This document shows positions 7,770 through 15,869 of a stretch of 28,877 nt of DNA, piece by piece (position 1 is the first letter of the stretch; the number at the start of each line of letters is the position of its first letter). Below the pieces are notes generated by a model. That model was not told where the DNA came from and searched no databases. It saw nothing but the letters and a program-made list of their open reading frames with translations. The translations under genes were made by a program, and so were the position numbers. Location of the stretch: contig JAPUFN010000238.1 in the NCBI GenBank assembly GCA_027293665.1, positions 1-28,877 on the forward strand. Direction: 5' to 3'. Origin of the DNA: Gammaproteobacteria bacterium. GTDB lineage: Bacteria; Pseudomonadota; Gammaproteobacteria; Pseudomonadales; Azotimanducaceae.

Positions 7770-9038
7770 TTATTCACTGCGCAGGGCCTCGACGGGACGC
7801 AGACGGCGAATACGCAATGCGGGTATCAGCGCCGCAAGCTGCGTACCCAGCAACAGGATCAACGGTGAAACCAGTAGCACTTCAGTCGTGAACGCGGGGT
7901 ACAACCTGGGCGGCATATAGTACTGGGCTGCCATTGCTTCCATGGCTTCACCCATGTACAGACCCACATCGGCAAGTCCCAGGATGATCGCAATGGCAAT
8001 ACCGGCACCGATGGCAGCACCCACCAGCCACACGAAGAACGCCTCCCACAAAACTAACCCGACAATGCCGAATGGCCGCATGCCGATGGCCAGCAACATG
8101 CCGAATTCCCGCGTGCGCTCGAACACCAGCATGATGAATGTGTTCACGACACTGAACGTCACGAGGATGATGATCAGTCCGTACATGATCAGCCCGCCGA
8201 GTCGGTCGACTTCTATGGCCTGTTCGAGCCCGGGCAAAACTTCGTTCCAGTTGCGCACTGTGATGTCTGCCGGCACCCGCGAAGCCAGCTGCTTCGTTAC
8301 CGCTGCGCTATCTTCGAGGGAGGCGATCCGTATCGCCAACGTGTGAACCTCATCTCCCAGCCCGAATGCATTCTGCACGGCGGCAATCGGCATAAGCAGC
8401 AGAGAGCGGTCGAGGTCGGGCATCCCGGAGGAAATAATACCGACGACATTCACGACCAGTGCCGCAACCCCACCGTGTTTTTGGGCGCCGAGAATGACTA
8501 ACTCGCCTCCCACAGCCACATCGAGGTTGCGCGCGAGTTTCTCGCCGATGACAGCTTCATCGGGGCCAGCGGGTACACGGCCATCGTCAATCATATCGAG
8601 GAGCCGAACCGTCGCGGCCTCCGCCGCCACATCGATGCCCAGGATCTGGGCGGCAAAACTGCGCTCGTCCGAGGAAACCAGTGCAAAAGCTTCGACGCGT
8701 GGTGCAATGGCAACGACGTCCGGCAGCGCAAGCAGTTGTCTGCGCAGCACGCTTGCTTCGTCGATGGTGTGTTCGAAGCGCTCGCTGTCTATGTATTGAG
8801 TCGCCTGAACTTGCACGTGACCGCTGATGAGGGTCGTCGCATTTTCCATCATCGCCGCGTACTGACCATGCTGCATGGCCATGCTGAACATGACTAACAA
8901 TATTGCGAACGCAATTCCGCCACTGGTCAACCAGGTCCGCCGCTTGTTGCGCCACAAATTACGCCAGCCGATTTGAGCGGAGCGAAAGCCACTCCATGAG
9001 GAGGCTTGTGCAGGTAGCTCGGCGACCGCCTCACTCAT
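7770..9038 (-). CDS. FtsX/LolE-like ABC permease (type 'B' paralogue 1)
   Basis: Motifs GWRNLWRNKRRTWLT, VTFSVVNTFIMLVFERTREFGMLLAIGM and PALRIRRLRPVEALR. ATGA overlap with the upstream gene. Confidence 0.92.
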   Translation of the reverse strand: MSEAVAELPAQASSWSGFRSAQIGWRNLWRNKRRTWLTSGGIAFAILLVMFSMAMQHGQYAAMMENATTLISGHVQVQATQYIDSERFEHTIDEASVLRRQLLALPDVVAIAPRVEAFALVSSDERSFAAQILGIDVAAEAATVRLLDMIDDGRVPAGPDEAVIGEKLARNLDVAVGGELVILGAQKHGGVAALVVNVVGIISSGMPDLDRSLLLMPIAAVQNAFGLGDEVHTLAIRIASLEDSAAVTKQLASRVPADITVRNWNEVLPGLEQAIEVDRLGGLIMYGLIIILVTFSVVNTFIMLVFERTREFGMLLAIGMRPFGIVGLVLWEAFFVWLVGAAIGAGIAIAIILGLADVGLYMGEAMEAMAAQYYMPPRLYPAFTTEVLLVSPLILLLGTQLAALIPALRIRRLRPVEALRSE

Positions 9039-9901
9039 GGATCCGCACCGGATTGCAGGGTGAATACGGTAAAGGTCCGGTCATCGAGCTCCACATCGAA
9101 GGTCATCGAATCGTAGTTGAACTCGGTGTACCTATCCGGCTCATCCAGTTTGGTAATGCGCATCCGGGTAGCGAACACCCGGCCGCCGAGTTCGCCAATC
9201 TCCAACGCTTCCATGCGTTTGAGGGGAATGAATGCCTGATCATAAAAGGTCTGCGAGATGAGCACCGAATCGTCGCGCAACACCCACTCTTCTTTACCCC
9301 ACACGATCGGCGCATCGTCATGTGGGACGGCCTCGATCGTGTAGAACGTGTGTGGGGGATTGGCTTCAACCTTGATGATTTCCAGGTCATAGTGACGCAG
9401 CAGATTGTCGGTACGCGAAAGATCGTTGTAGGAAAAATCCGAGCCTCCCCAGCTTTGTGACATCAGGCTGAACGGCAGGCGAATGACACGTTTGAGCTTT
9501 GGCGTATAGGTCCACATCCTATCGCCCTGCTTGAGGGTCGCGTTACCAGCGTCTTTCGCCGGTGCGGTGAAGCGGATCAGTGCATCATCGCGGCCGCGTG
9601 TCCAGGCGACCATCTGGGTGGTGCGCTCCCAGGTCGGCCGATGCACGAGCATGGTCATCTCCGAATGAGAGGTTGCACCGCGGGTCAGATCGATGGCAGC
9701 GGCGATGAGATCATAGGCGGTTACCTCAGATTCGACCGCGGCCCTAGCTGAGCCTGCATCGGCGCCCGCAGTGGCGGCCACAGCGGCGGCCGATGCCAGT
9801 GGTGTCACCAGGCAGGCAATCATCCCGGCGACTTGCAGCCGTTTCAGCAGTCTGCCGCGGACACGTTGTTCGCGGACTGCCACGGTCACTATCTGCGTCA
9901 T
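9035..9901 (-). CDS. Periplasmic LolA-like ('outer membrane lipoprotein-sorting') protein
   Basis: Signal-like N-terminus (basic residues, then hydrophobic, then ASA). Family-typical 'IRFTAPAKDAGNATLK...MWTYTPKLKRVIRL...SWGGSDFSYNDL'. GAGGT lies 4 nt before ATG 9901. Confidence 0.85.
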   Translation of the reverse strand: MTQIVTVAVREQRVRGRLLKRLQVAGMIACLVTPLASAAAVAATAGADAGSARAAVESEVTAYDLIAAAIDLTRGATSHSEMTMLVHRPTWERTTQMVAWTRGRDDALIRFTAPAKDAGNATLKQGDRMWTYTPKLKRVIRLPFSLMSQSWGGSDFSYNDLSRTDNLLRHYDLEIIKVEANPPHTFYTIEAVPHDDAPIVWGKEEWVLRDDSVLISQTFYDQAFIPLKRMEALEIGELGGRVFATRMRITKLDEPDRYTEFNYDSMTFDVELDDRTFTVFTLQSGADP

Positions 9902-9944
9902 TGACACCTCACTCCAATCAGGCAATATATACTCGCTCTAATTA

Positions 9945-9957
9945 TTGACTTTGTCAA
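9945..9957. promoter_or_regulatory. Candidate TetR operator, TTGAC-TTT-GTCAA
   Basis: Perfect 5-3-5 inverted repeat in the 68-bp AT-rich divergent spacer, 12 nt upstream of the TetR ATG. It reads TTGACA on the minus strand and TTGACT on the plus strand. Confidence 0.55.
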
Positions 9958-9969
9958 AATATTCGGCTC

Positions 9970-10575
9970 ATGTCCATAAGAGAACGAAAAAAACGCCAGG
10001 CGCGGCAGGACATTCTAGGCGCCGCCCGTCAGCTCATCGACGAGCGCGGCTACACCGCTGCAACCATGCGCGAAATCGCGACGGCGGCCGACATCAGTTA
10101 TCAAACGCTCTACAACTATTTTCCCACCAAAGCCCAGATCCTACAGGCAATCCTGATCGGCAATGTCGAACGGCTGGGTGCCAGCATCGATCACATTATC
10201 GAGGAATACGATCACAATCTGCTCGCCACGCTGCAGACGGTCAACCGTGCCCGGATGGGCGCTTTCGCCGAGGGTGACCGCAGCCTGTGGCAAGAGGTGG
10301 CGGCTGAAATTTTTCAGCATTCAGCGGAAGCCAACACCATCTATCACGCAGTCGATCAAGCCGCTCACCGACTGCTGCAGGCGCTGTTCGAGGCAGCACA
10401 GCGGGCGGGAGAGCTGGACGAGACTGTCTCCAGTGCGCTACTGGCAGACACCGTATTCGCGCTGAGTCAGCATGCTTTTGGCCGTTTCATTGCAGATACC
10501 ACGATCACCGAGGACGACACTCTGCGGCGGCTCGGAGCCCAGGCAGAGCTGTTGATCGCGCCCTATCTGCCATGA
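9970..10575 (+). CDS. TetR/AcrR family transcriptional regulator
   Basis: N-terminal 'RERKKRQARQDIL.AA..L..E.GY.A.TMREIA.AADISYQTLYNYFPTK' HTH; divergent from the transport operon. Confidence 0.95.
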   Translation: MSIRERKKRQARQDILGAARQLIDERGYTAATMREIATAADISYQTLYNYFPTKAQILQAILIGNVERLGASIDHIIEEYDHNLLATLQTVNRARMGAFAEGDRSLWQEVAAEIFQHSAEANTIYHAVDQAAHRLLQALFEAAQRAGELDETVSSALLADTVFALSQHAFGRFIADTTITEDDTLRRLGAQAELLIAPYLP

Positions 10576-10613
10576 TGCCGGGTCGCCGTACACGGCTAAA
10601 AAGTCGCCAAGTG

Positions 10614-11075
10614 CTATCTACGGCGCGGCCGCGAGCGCAGTGAAATCACGTTGTCACCCTGCACCACGTCCTGCTTGAGCGAGAAAGCAATCTCCCAGGT
10701 GAACACGGTCTCGCCATCGCGCAGGAAACCACGCAAACCGCAGCCTGCGGCAATCGCAAACAGCGTGAAGGTCGCATAGACGCTACCGCTATCGTTCCAC
10801 AGCAAGCCGAGGTTCGGCGCGCTGTCGAGCTTGGCCGTCCCGTGCAACAGCTCCGCCCCCGTCTGCACATGCAGCGTGTAAGTGCCGACGTCGTTGCCAA
10901 CCACGCGAACCACGTACTCATGCGGTGGTGCGTCCTGCAGCGTCAACCCGGCGCGCAGGGTCAACCCACCCTCATCCCGCTCGATCTGGACAGCGCATTC
11001 CGCAGTCGTGCCGAGGCTGTGTCCTTCCACCAGAATACTGCCGCGACCCAGCCAATGACCTGGCTGCAGCAACAT
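10614..11075 (-). CDS. Hypothetical beta-rich protein (153 aa)
   Basis: ATG immediately follows the SRAP stop (0-nt gap). N-terminal PGHWLGRG, many short strands, and the basic tail NVISLRSRPRRR. Confidence 0.7.
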   Translation of the reverse strand: MLLQPGHWLGRGSILVEGHSLGTTAECAVQIERDEGGLTLRAGLTLQDAPPHEYVVRVVGNDVGTYTLHVQTGAELLHGTAKLDSAPNLGLLWNDSGSVYATFTLFAIAAGCGLRGFLRDGETVFTWEIAFSLKQDVVQGDNVISLRSRPRRR

Positions 11076-11777
11076 CTAGCTCGTCACCCCGGTGTCAGCC
11101 GGCAATACGACTGGCGTACCGATCGGCTCGACACAGCGCGCATCCTTGTGGCGCGCATTGTTGACATGAGTGGAGACCGGGATCGCCGCCAGAGCCAGTG
11201 GGATGTGCGGAGCGAGCAGCTCCGCGTGATCTGCATTGTCACTGTCCAGCCAGCTGTGCGCCTGGGCCAGCGACAGCATGACCGGTTGCCGATTGTGGAC
11301 GAACGCCATGGCTTGAGTCGCCGCCGCTGTCAGCACAGCAAAGCTTTCGATGATTTCGCCGGTGTCTCGGTTGGTCCAGCGGTCCCACAACCCCGCCAGC
11401 AGCAGCCCGGGCACCTCCTGCGGGGTAACGTAGTACGGCAGCTTCTGGCCATCGCGCCGTGACCATTCATAAAAACCACTGACGGGGACGACACAGTGCC
11501 GTTTTTTGAAGGGTTCGCGAAAGGCGGGGCTCTTATGCGCGGTTTCCGATTTGGCGTTGAACATGCTGTATTTTGTCGACGGCGCCTTCGTCCAGTAGGG
11601 CGTCAACCACCATCGCAGTGGCACCAGTTGTGGCTCACCCGTTGCAGACAGACGCAACACCGTGATCATCTCGGTGGGTGCGGCGTTGAAATTATCCGGC
11701 CCGGGATGCGCCATGCCCACCAGCTCCATCAGCAGCTGCGACAACGGATCGGAAGTTACATTGAATCGCCCGCACAT
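11076..11777 (-). CDS. SOS response-associated peptidase (SRAP / YedK / HMCES) abasic-site protection protein
   Basis: Starts MCGRF (catalytic Cys2), then FNAKSET, GFYEW (Glu) and VHNRQPV (His, Arg). Confidence 0.95.
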   Translation of the reverse strand: MCGRFNVTSDPLSQLLMELVGMAHPGPDNFNAAPTEMITVLRLSATGEPQLVPLRWWLTPYWTKAPSTKYSMFNAKSETAHKSPAFREPFKKRHCVVPVSGFYEWSRRDGQKLPYYVTPQEVPGLLLAGLWDRWTNRDTGEIIESFAVLTAAATQAMAFVHNRQPVMLSLAQAHSWLDSDNADHAELLAPHIPLALAAIPVSTHVNNARHKDARCVEPIGTPVVLPADTGVTS

Positions 11778-11783
11778 ACCGCT

Positions 11784-12734
11784 TCAGCCCTGCTCCGGGC
11801 GCAACAATTCTGCGACTTGTGTCATCTCAGCATCGCTCAATCGCCAGGGTTCAGCTGCGGTGACGTTTTCGACCACCTGTTGCGCCGTGGTAGCCCCTGC
11901 GATCACGCTGGCGATCACCGGCTGGCTCAGCAGCCAGCACAGCGCAAGCGAAAGGATATCCCTGTCCTGTGCCGCAGCATATTCACTGAGACGTTGCAGC
12001 ACGGCGAAGTTGGCTTCGGTCAGCGACCGGCGCGCCAGTCGCTCCACCCGCGCAAGCCGCGTCCCGGCGGGCGGCGGCTCGTCGGCTTTGTACTTGCCCG
12101 TGAGCAGACCGCTGGCGAGGGGAAAATAGGGCAGCATGCCCAGTTTGAAACGCTCACACGCCGGCAGCACCTCATTTGCGACCTCCCGCTCGAGCAGGCT
12201 GTAGTGGTTCTGCGCCGTGACAAACTTAGCGTAGCCGCGTGTCTGTGCCACCCAGTGAGCATCGGCAATCTGCCAGCCGCTGAAATTCGAGTGGCCCAGG
12301 TAGCGCACCTTACCGGCAGTAACGAGATCGCTCAGGGCATCGAGCGTCTCGTCGATCGGTGTGTGGCGATCGGCCACGTGAATCTGATAGAGATCGATAT
12401 AGTCGGTGCCCAACCGTGCAAGGCTCGCCTCTACTGCGCGCATGATGTAGTGCCGTGAACCCCCTTTGTCATGCCGGCGCGGGCCCATCGGCATACCGAA
12501 TTTGCTGGCAATGATCACGTCGTGGCGGCGCGCCCCGAGGGCTTTGCCCAGCATCACCTCGGAAAGGTGTTCGCCGTAGACGTCGGCCGTATCAAAAAAA
12601 TTAACGCCGTGGTCTATTGCTGCATCAACAACCGCCCGGGTACCCGATTGATCAAGCCGGCCGCCAAAGTTGTTGCAGCCAATACCAATCGCAGAGACGA
12701 AAAGTCCCGAGTTGCCCAGACGCCGTTGTTCCAT
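11784..12734 (-). CDS. Aldo/keto reductase
   Basis: Starts MEQRRLGNSGLFVSAIGIGCNNFG; tetrad in DTADVYG (D, Y), ASKFG (K), LYQIH (H); also QNHYSLL and PYFPLASGLLTGKY. AGGAG lies 7 nt before ATG 12734. Confidence 0.95.
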   Translation of the reverse strand: MEQRRLGNSGLFVSAIGIGCNNFGGRLDQSGTRAVVDAAIDHGVNFFDTADVYGEHLSEVMLGKALGARRHDVIIASKFGMPMGPRRHDKGGSRHYIMRAVEASLARLGTDYIDLYQIHVADRHTPIDETLDALSDLVTAGKVRYLGHSNFSGWQIADAHWVAQTRGYAKFVTAQNHYSLLEREVANEVLPACERFKLGMLPYFPLASGLLTGKYKADEPPPAGTRLARVERLARRSLTEANFAVLQRLSEYAAAQDRDILSLALCWLLSQPVIASVIAGATTAQQVVENVTAAEPWRLSDAEMTQVAELLRPEQG

Positions 12735-12747
12735 TTCCTGGCTCCTG

Positions 12748-13395
12748 TCAGCCGTGTTTGCCCGCACTCCAGGCAAGCGCTCCCAGCGCCTTTTCGGCAA
12801 ACGCCACAGGCGCTGCTTCAAGTGTGGTTGCCAGCGTATCGTTCCAGCGATTGAGGAATCCGAACATGGCGATTACCGCAACGATCTGCACAATCTGCCG
12901 CTCGCTGAAATGCTCACGCAGTGCTGCAAAGTGATCTGCCTGTGCCTCGTTGGGAACTTGGCCTGCGGCAAACGCAAGCGTCAGGACGGCCCGCTCTGCC
13001 TGGGAGTAAAGCTCAGAGGTCTCATAGGCGAGTAACGCATCGAGCTTCGCTGCATCTTCACCGCGTTTGTCCGCGCCGTGTGCCGTGTGTGCCTGGCAGT
13101 AGCGGCAACCAGCACTGACGCTGCTGGCAAGCGCGATCAGCTGCACCAGGCCCGGCGCCAGACTCGCTGCCGGATCATCGTGTTCGGGTACGCTGTCTTT
13201 AAACGCGTCGACCGTGCTCTTAAGATCGCCGCCGAACACGACGCTCGTGAGCATCACGAACGCCATCGGCAACTGCGGCATGTGCGCCATGGTCAGCATG
13301 CTGTTCGGCACGAACCCCATAGCCGCTTCGGCGGCGCCAAAAACACCCGCAAGTTCCGGCAACTCAGCCGCGGGGCGCGGGGCAACATTAGCCAT
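12748..13395 (-). CDS. Carboxymuconolactone decarboxylase / AhpD-like peroxidase-related protein
   Basis: Motifs GFVPNSMLTM, CRYCQAH (CxxC + His) and FGFLNRWND. GAAGGAG lies upstream of ATG 13395. Confidence 0.88.
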   Translation of the reverse strand: MANVAPRPAAELPELAGVFGAAEAAMGFVPNSMLTMAHMPQLPMAFVMLTSVVFGGDLKSTVDAFKDSVPEHDDPAASLAPGLVQLIALASSVSAGCRYCQAHTAHGADKRGEDAAKLDALLAYETSELYSQAERAVLTLAFAAGQVPNEAQADHFAALREHFSERQIVQIVAVIAMFGFLNRWNDTLATTLEAAPVAFAEKALGALAWSAGKHG

Positions 13396-13503
13396 CTTCT
13401 TCTCCTTCAGCCACAACATCGGTGTGTGCGATCTTAGCCCTTTGCGTTGTGCGCTTCATTGCTTACCCTGCGTGTCCTGCAAGCCACAGACCTATGACGA
13501 TTC

Positions 13504-15570
13504 ATGCAGCCGCCGATTGCCGCACAAATTCCACATCGCTCGAGTCACCACGGTATCGAGATCGATGACCCTTATCACTGGCTGAAGGATCCCGCCTATC
13601 CGCAGGTAAGCGACCCGCAGGTACTCGCCTATCTCGAAGCGGAAAATGCGTACTTCGAGCATGCGATGGCGCCGCATCAGCCCCTGATCGGCAGCCTGTT
13701 CGATGAGATCAAGGGCCGCCAACCTGCGCTGGATGAATCGGTACCCTATCGCAAAGACGGCTACTGGTATCGCTGGCGCTTTGCTGAAGGCGCCCAGTAC
13801 CGCCTGTGGTTGCGCTCGAGTGTGGCTGACCCGGACAACTGGACAGTCATTCTCGATGAACCAGCGCTGGCTGCAGCCCACGATTATTTTTCCCTGGGTG
13901 GCATGGCCATCTCGCCGGACGGGCGCTACCTCGCCTGGAGTGCGGACACCAATGGCAGCGAACGCTTCACGCTATCGATAACCGACCTCGCCGATAACGT
14001 CGCGCTGGATGAACCGATCGAGCTCACCATGGACAGTCCGGTGTGGGCCAGCGACAACGAACACCTTTTCTACCTCCGCCTCAATGACAACTGGCGACCT
14101 TACCAGGTGCTGCGGCATCGTCTTGGACGGCCGATCAAAGACGACGTCGTCGTCTACGAGGAAACCGACGAAGCCTTCTTCGTCGGTCTGGATCAGACCC
14201 AGTCGGAAGCCTTCATACTTCTGACGACGGGCGATCACGTGACTTCCGAAGTTCGCTTCCTGCCGGCAAACGCGCCGACCGCGAGCCCGCAACTCATCTG
14301 CCCCCGGCGCACCGGCCACGAATACGATGTCGACCACAGGGAGGGCGAGTTCTACATCCGCAGTAATGACGAGCACAAGAATTTCCGCCTGATCAGAACC
14401 CCGCAAAGCAAGCCGTCACCCGAGCACTGGGAAACCGTCATCGCCGGCAGCGACGATCACTATCTCACCGGCCACCTATGCCTGCGTCATTGGATCCTGG
14501 TGAGCGAAAGAATCGCGGGGCTCGATCAGCTGCGAGTGATGCATTGCGAGCCTGAACTCGAGTCCCACTACATCGAATTACACGAGCCGGCCTACAGTCT
14601 CGATTTCGGCGCCAACGCCGAGTACGACACGGACGTCGTGCGTCTCACCTACCAATCAATGGTCACGCCCACAACCGTGTACGACTACGACCTGGCGGCA
14701 CGGCAACTCAAGCGCAGAAAGGTGCAGGAAATCCCGACGGGTTATGCCGCTGAGAACTACGAGACCGTGCGCATCTCGGCCCCAGCGCGGGACGGCGCTG
14801 CCATTCCGGTCAGCGTCGTCTTTCGCAAAGGTTTGCAGCGCGATGGCACCGCTCCTTTGTACCTCTATGGTTATGGCGCGTACGGCATTGCGATCCCGCC
14901 GGGGTTTTCACCCAGCCGTCTGTCGCTGCTCGACCGCGGATTCGTCTTTGCAATCGCCCATATTCGCGGCGGTGACGATCTCGGCTATCACTGGTACGAA
15001 GACGGCAAGCTGGCAGCGCGTGAAAACACATTCAACGACTTCATCGATGTCGCAAAACACCTCGTCGAGCAGCGCTTCACGGCAGCAGGGCACATTGCCA
15101 TAGCCGGCGGTTCCGCTGGCGGTGAGCTCGTGGGTGCTGCGGTAAATCAGGCACCGGCACTGTTCGGTGCAGCGGTCGCCCATGTGCCCTTCGTCGACGT
15201 CCTCAACACGATGCTGGATGCCGAGCTACCCCTCACGCCAATCGAATGGCCCGAGTGGGGCAACCCGATTGAAGATAAGAGAGTCTTCGAACACATCCGC
15301 TCCTATTCCCCTTACGACGCACTCAAAGCAGGCAGCTACCCGGCAATGCTGGTGACCGCGGGGCTCAACGACCCACGTGTGACCTACTGGGAGCCGGCAA
15401 AGTATGTCGCGCGATTGCGCACGCTGAAGACCGATCAGAACTGGTTGCTGCTGAAGACCAACATGGGCGCCGGCCACCGGGGAAAATCAGGCCGCTATGA
15501 TGCGTTGCAGGAAGTGGCCGAGGAGTACGCCTTCATCCTGGTCAGTCTGGGACTGTCACGGCCTGGTTAG
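13504..15570 (+). CDS. ptrB: Oligopeptidase B (protease II), S9A family
   Basis: Motifs DDPYHWL, a beta-propeller region, YGYGAYG, HIRGG, GGSAGG (Ser), NDPRVTYWEPAK (Asp) and GAGHRG (His). Confidence 0.93.
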   Translation: MQPPIAAQIPHRSSHHGIEIDDPYHWLKDPAYPQVSDPQVLAYLEAENAYFEHAMAPHQPLIGSLFDEIKGRQPALDESVPYRKDGYWYRWRFAEGAQYRLWLRSSVADPDNWTVILDEPALAAAHDYFSLGGMAISPDGRYLAWSADTNGSERFTLSITDLADNVALDEPIELTMDSPVWASDNEHLFYLRLNDNWRPYQVLRHRLGRPIKDDVVVYEETDEAFFVGLDQTQSEAFILLTTGDHVTSEVRFLPANAPTASPQLICPRRTGHEYDVDHREGEFYIRSNDEHKNFRLIRTPQSKPSPEHWETVIAGSDDHYLTGHLCLRHWILVSERIAGLDQLRVMHCEPELESHYIELHEPAYSLDFGANAEYDTDVVRLTYQSMVTPTTVYDYDLAARQLKRRKVQEIPTGYAAENYETVRISAPARDGAAIPVSVVFRKGLQRDGTAPLYLYGYGAYGIAIPPGFSPSRLSLLDRGFVFAIAHIRGGDDLGYHWYEDGKLAARENTFNDFIDVAKHLVEQRFTAAGHIAIAGGSAGGELVGAAVNQAPALFGAAVAHVPFVDVLNTMLDAELPLTPIEWPEWGNPIEDKRVFEHIRSYSPYDALKAGSYPAMLVTAGLNDPRVTYWEPAKYVARLRTLKTDQNWLLLKTNMGAGHRGKSGRYDALQEVAEEYAFILVSLGLSRPG

Positions 15571-15594
15571 CTCCTGCTCTGGAGCCCGGACGGC

Positions 15595-15612
15595 GGCCAG
15601 GTACGTCTGGCC
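15595..15612 (+). terminator. GC-rich hairpin between convergent genes (GGCCAG-GTACGT-CTGGCC); possible terminator or 3' stabiliser
   Basis: 6-bp perfect stem; on the + strand a G-U pair closes a UACG tetraloop. There is no U-tract, so intrinsic termination is doubtful. Confidence 0.35.
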
Positions 15613-15617
15613 AGAAA

Positions 15618-15869
15618 CTAGTTAACACTCTCGAGTCGATGGGTCCGCCGGTGCTTGAGCTCGTTCGCCTGAACCATTCTGTTTTTAATGATTTTCTGCA
15701 CGACCATCACGGTCGTCCAGTCATGCAGCATGAGGCGTCGGCAGCTGTCGCATTCGGCTTGCCGGGAATGCGCCACCAGCCGCAGCAGCTCGCTATAAGG
15801 CAGTCGTGAGATGTGATTGCAGTGCGAACATTCCAGGCCCACTGCGGGGTCGATACCAACGTAGTCCAT
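15618..15869 (-). CDS. Small putative zinc-ribbon protein (Cx2C-x22-Cx2C), 83 aa
   Basis: CSHC and CDSC pairs; AGGAAAAGGA upstream; fills an otherwise empty gap between ptrB and the CoA-transferase gene. Confidence 0.7.
   Translation of the reverse strand: MDYVGIDPAVGLECSHCNHISRLPYSELLRLVAHSRQAECDSCRRLMLHDWTTVMVVQKIIKNRMVQANELKHRRTHRLESVN

Noticed and set aside
7054-7920. 288-aa plus-strand ORF and other long antisense ORFs (e.g. 871-1536, 3831-4418, 11496-12458, 24271-24975, 25437-26243, 27043-27816)
   Set aside because: They are shadow ORFs on the opposite strand of well-supported genes, expected at this GC content, with no motifs or RBS.
4534-9901. Naming these genes lolA/lolC/lolD/lolE
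   Set aside because: The gene order, the third permease, the barrel gene and the TetR differ from housekeeping lol loci. Orthology cannot be shown without a search.
10575-10614. Terminator between TetR and the convergent operon
   Set aside because: There is only a 4-5 bp stem (GCCGT-AC-ACGGC), and it is not followed by a U-run on either strand.
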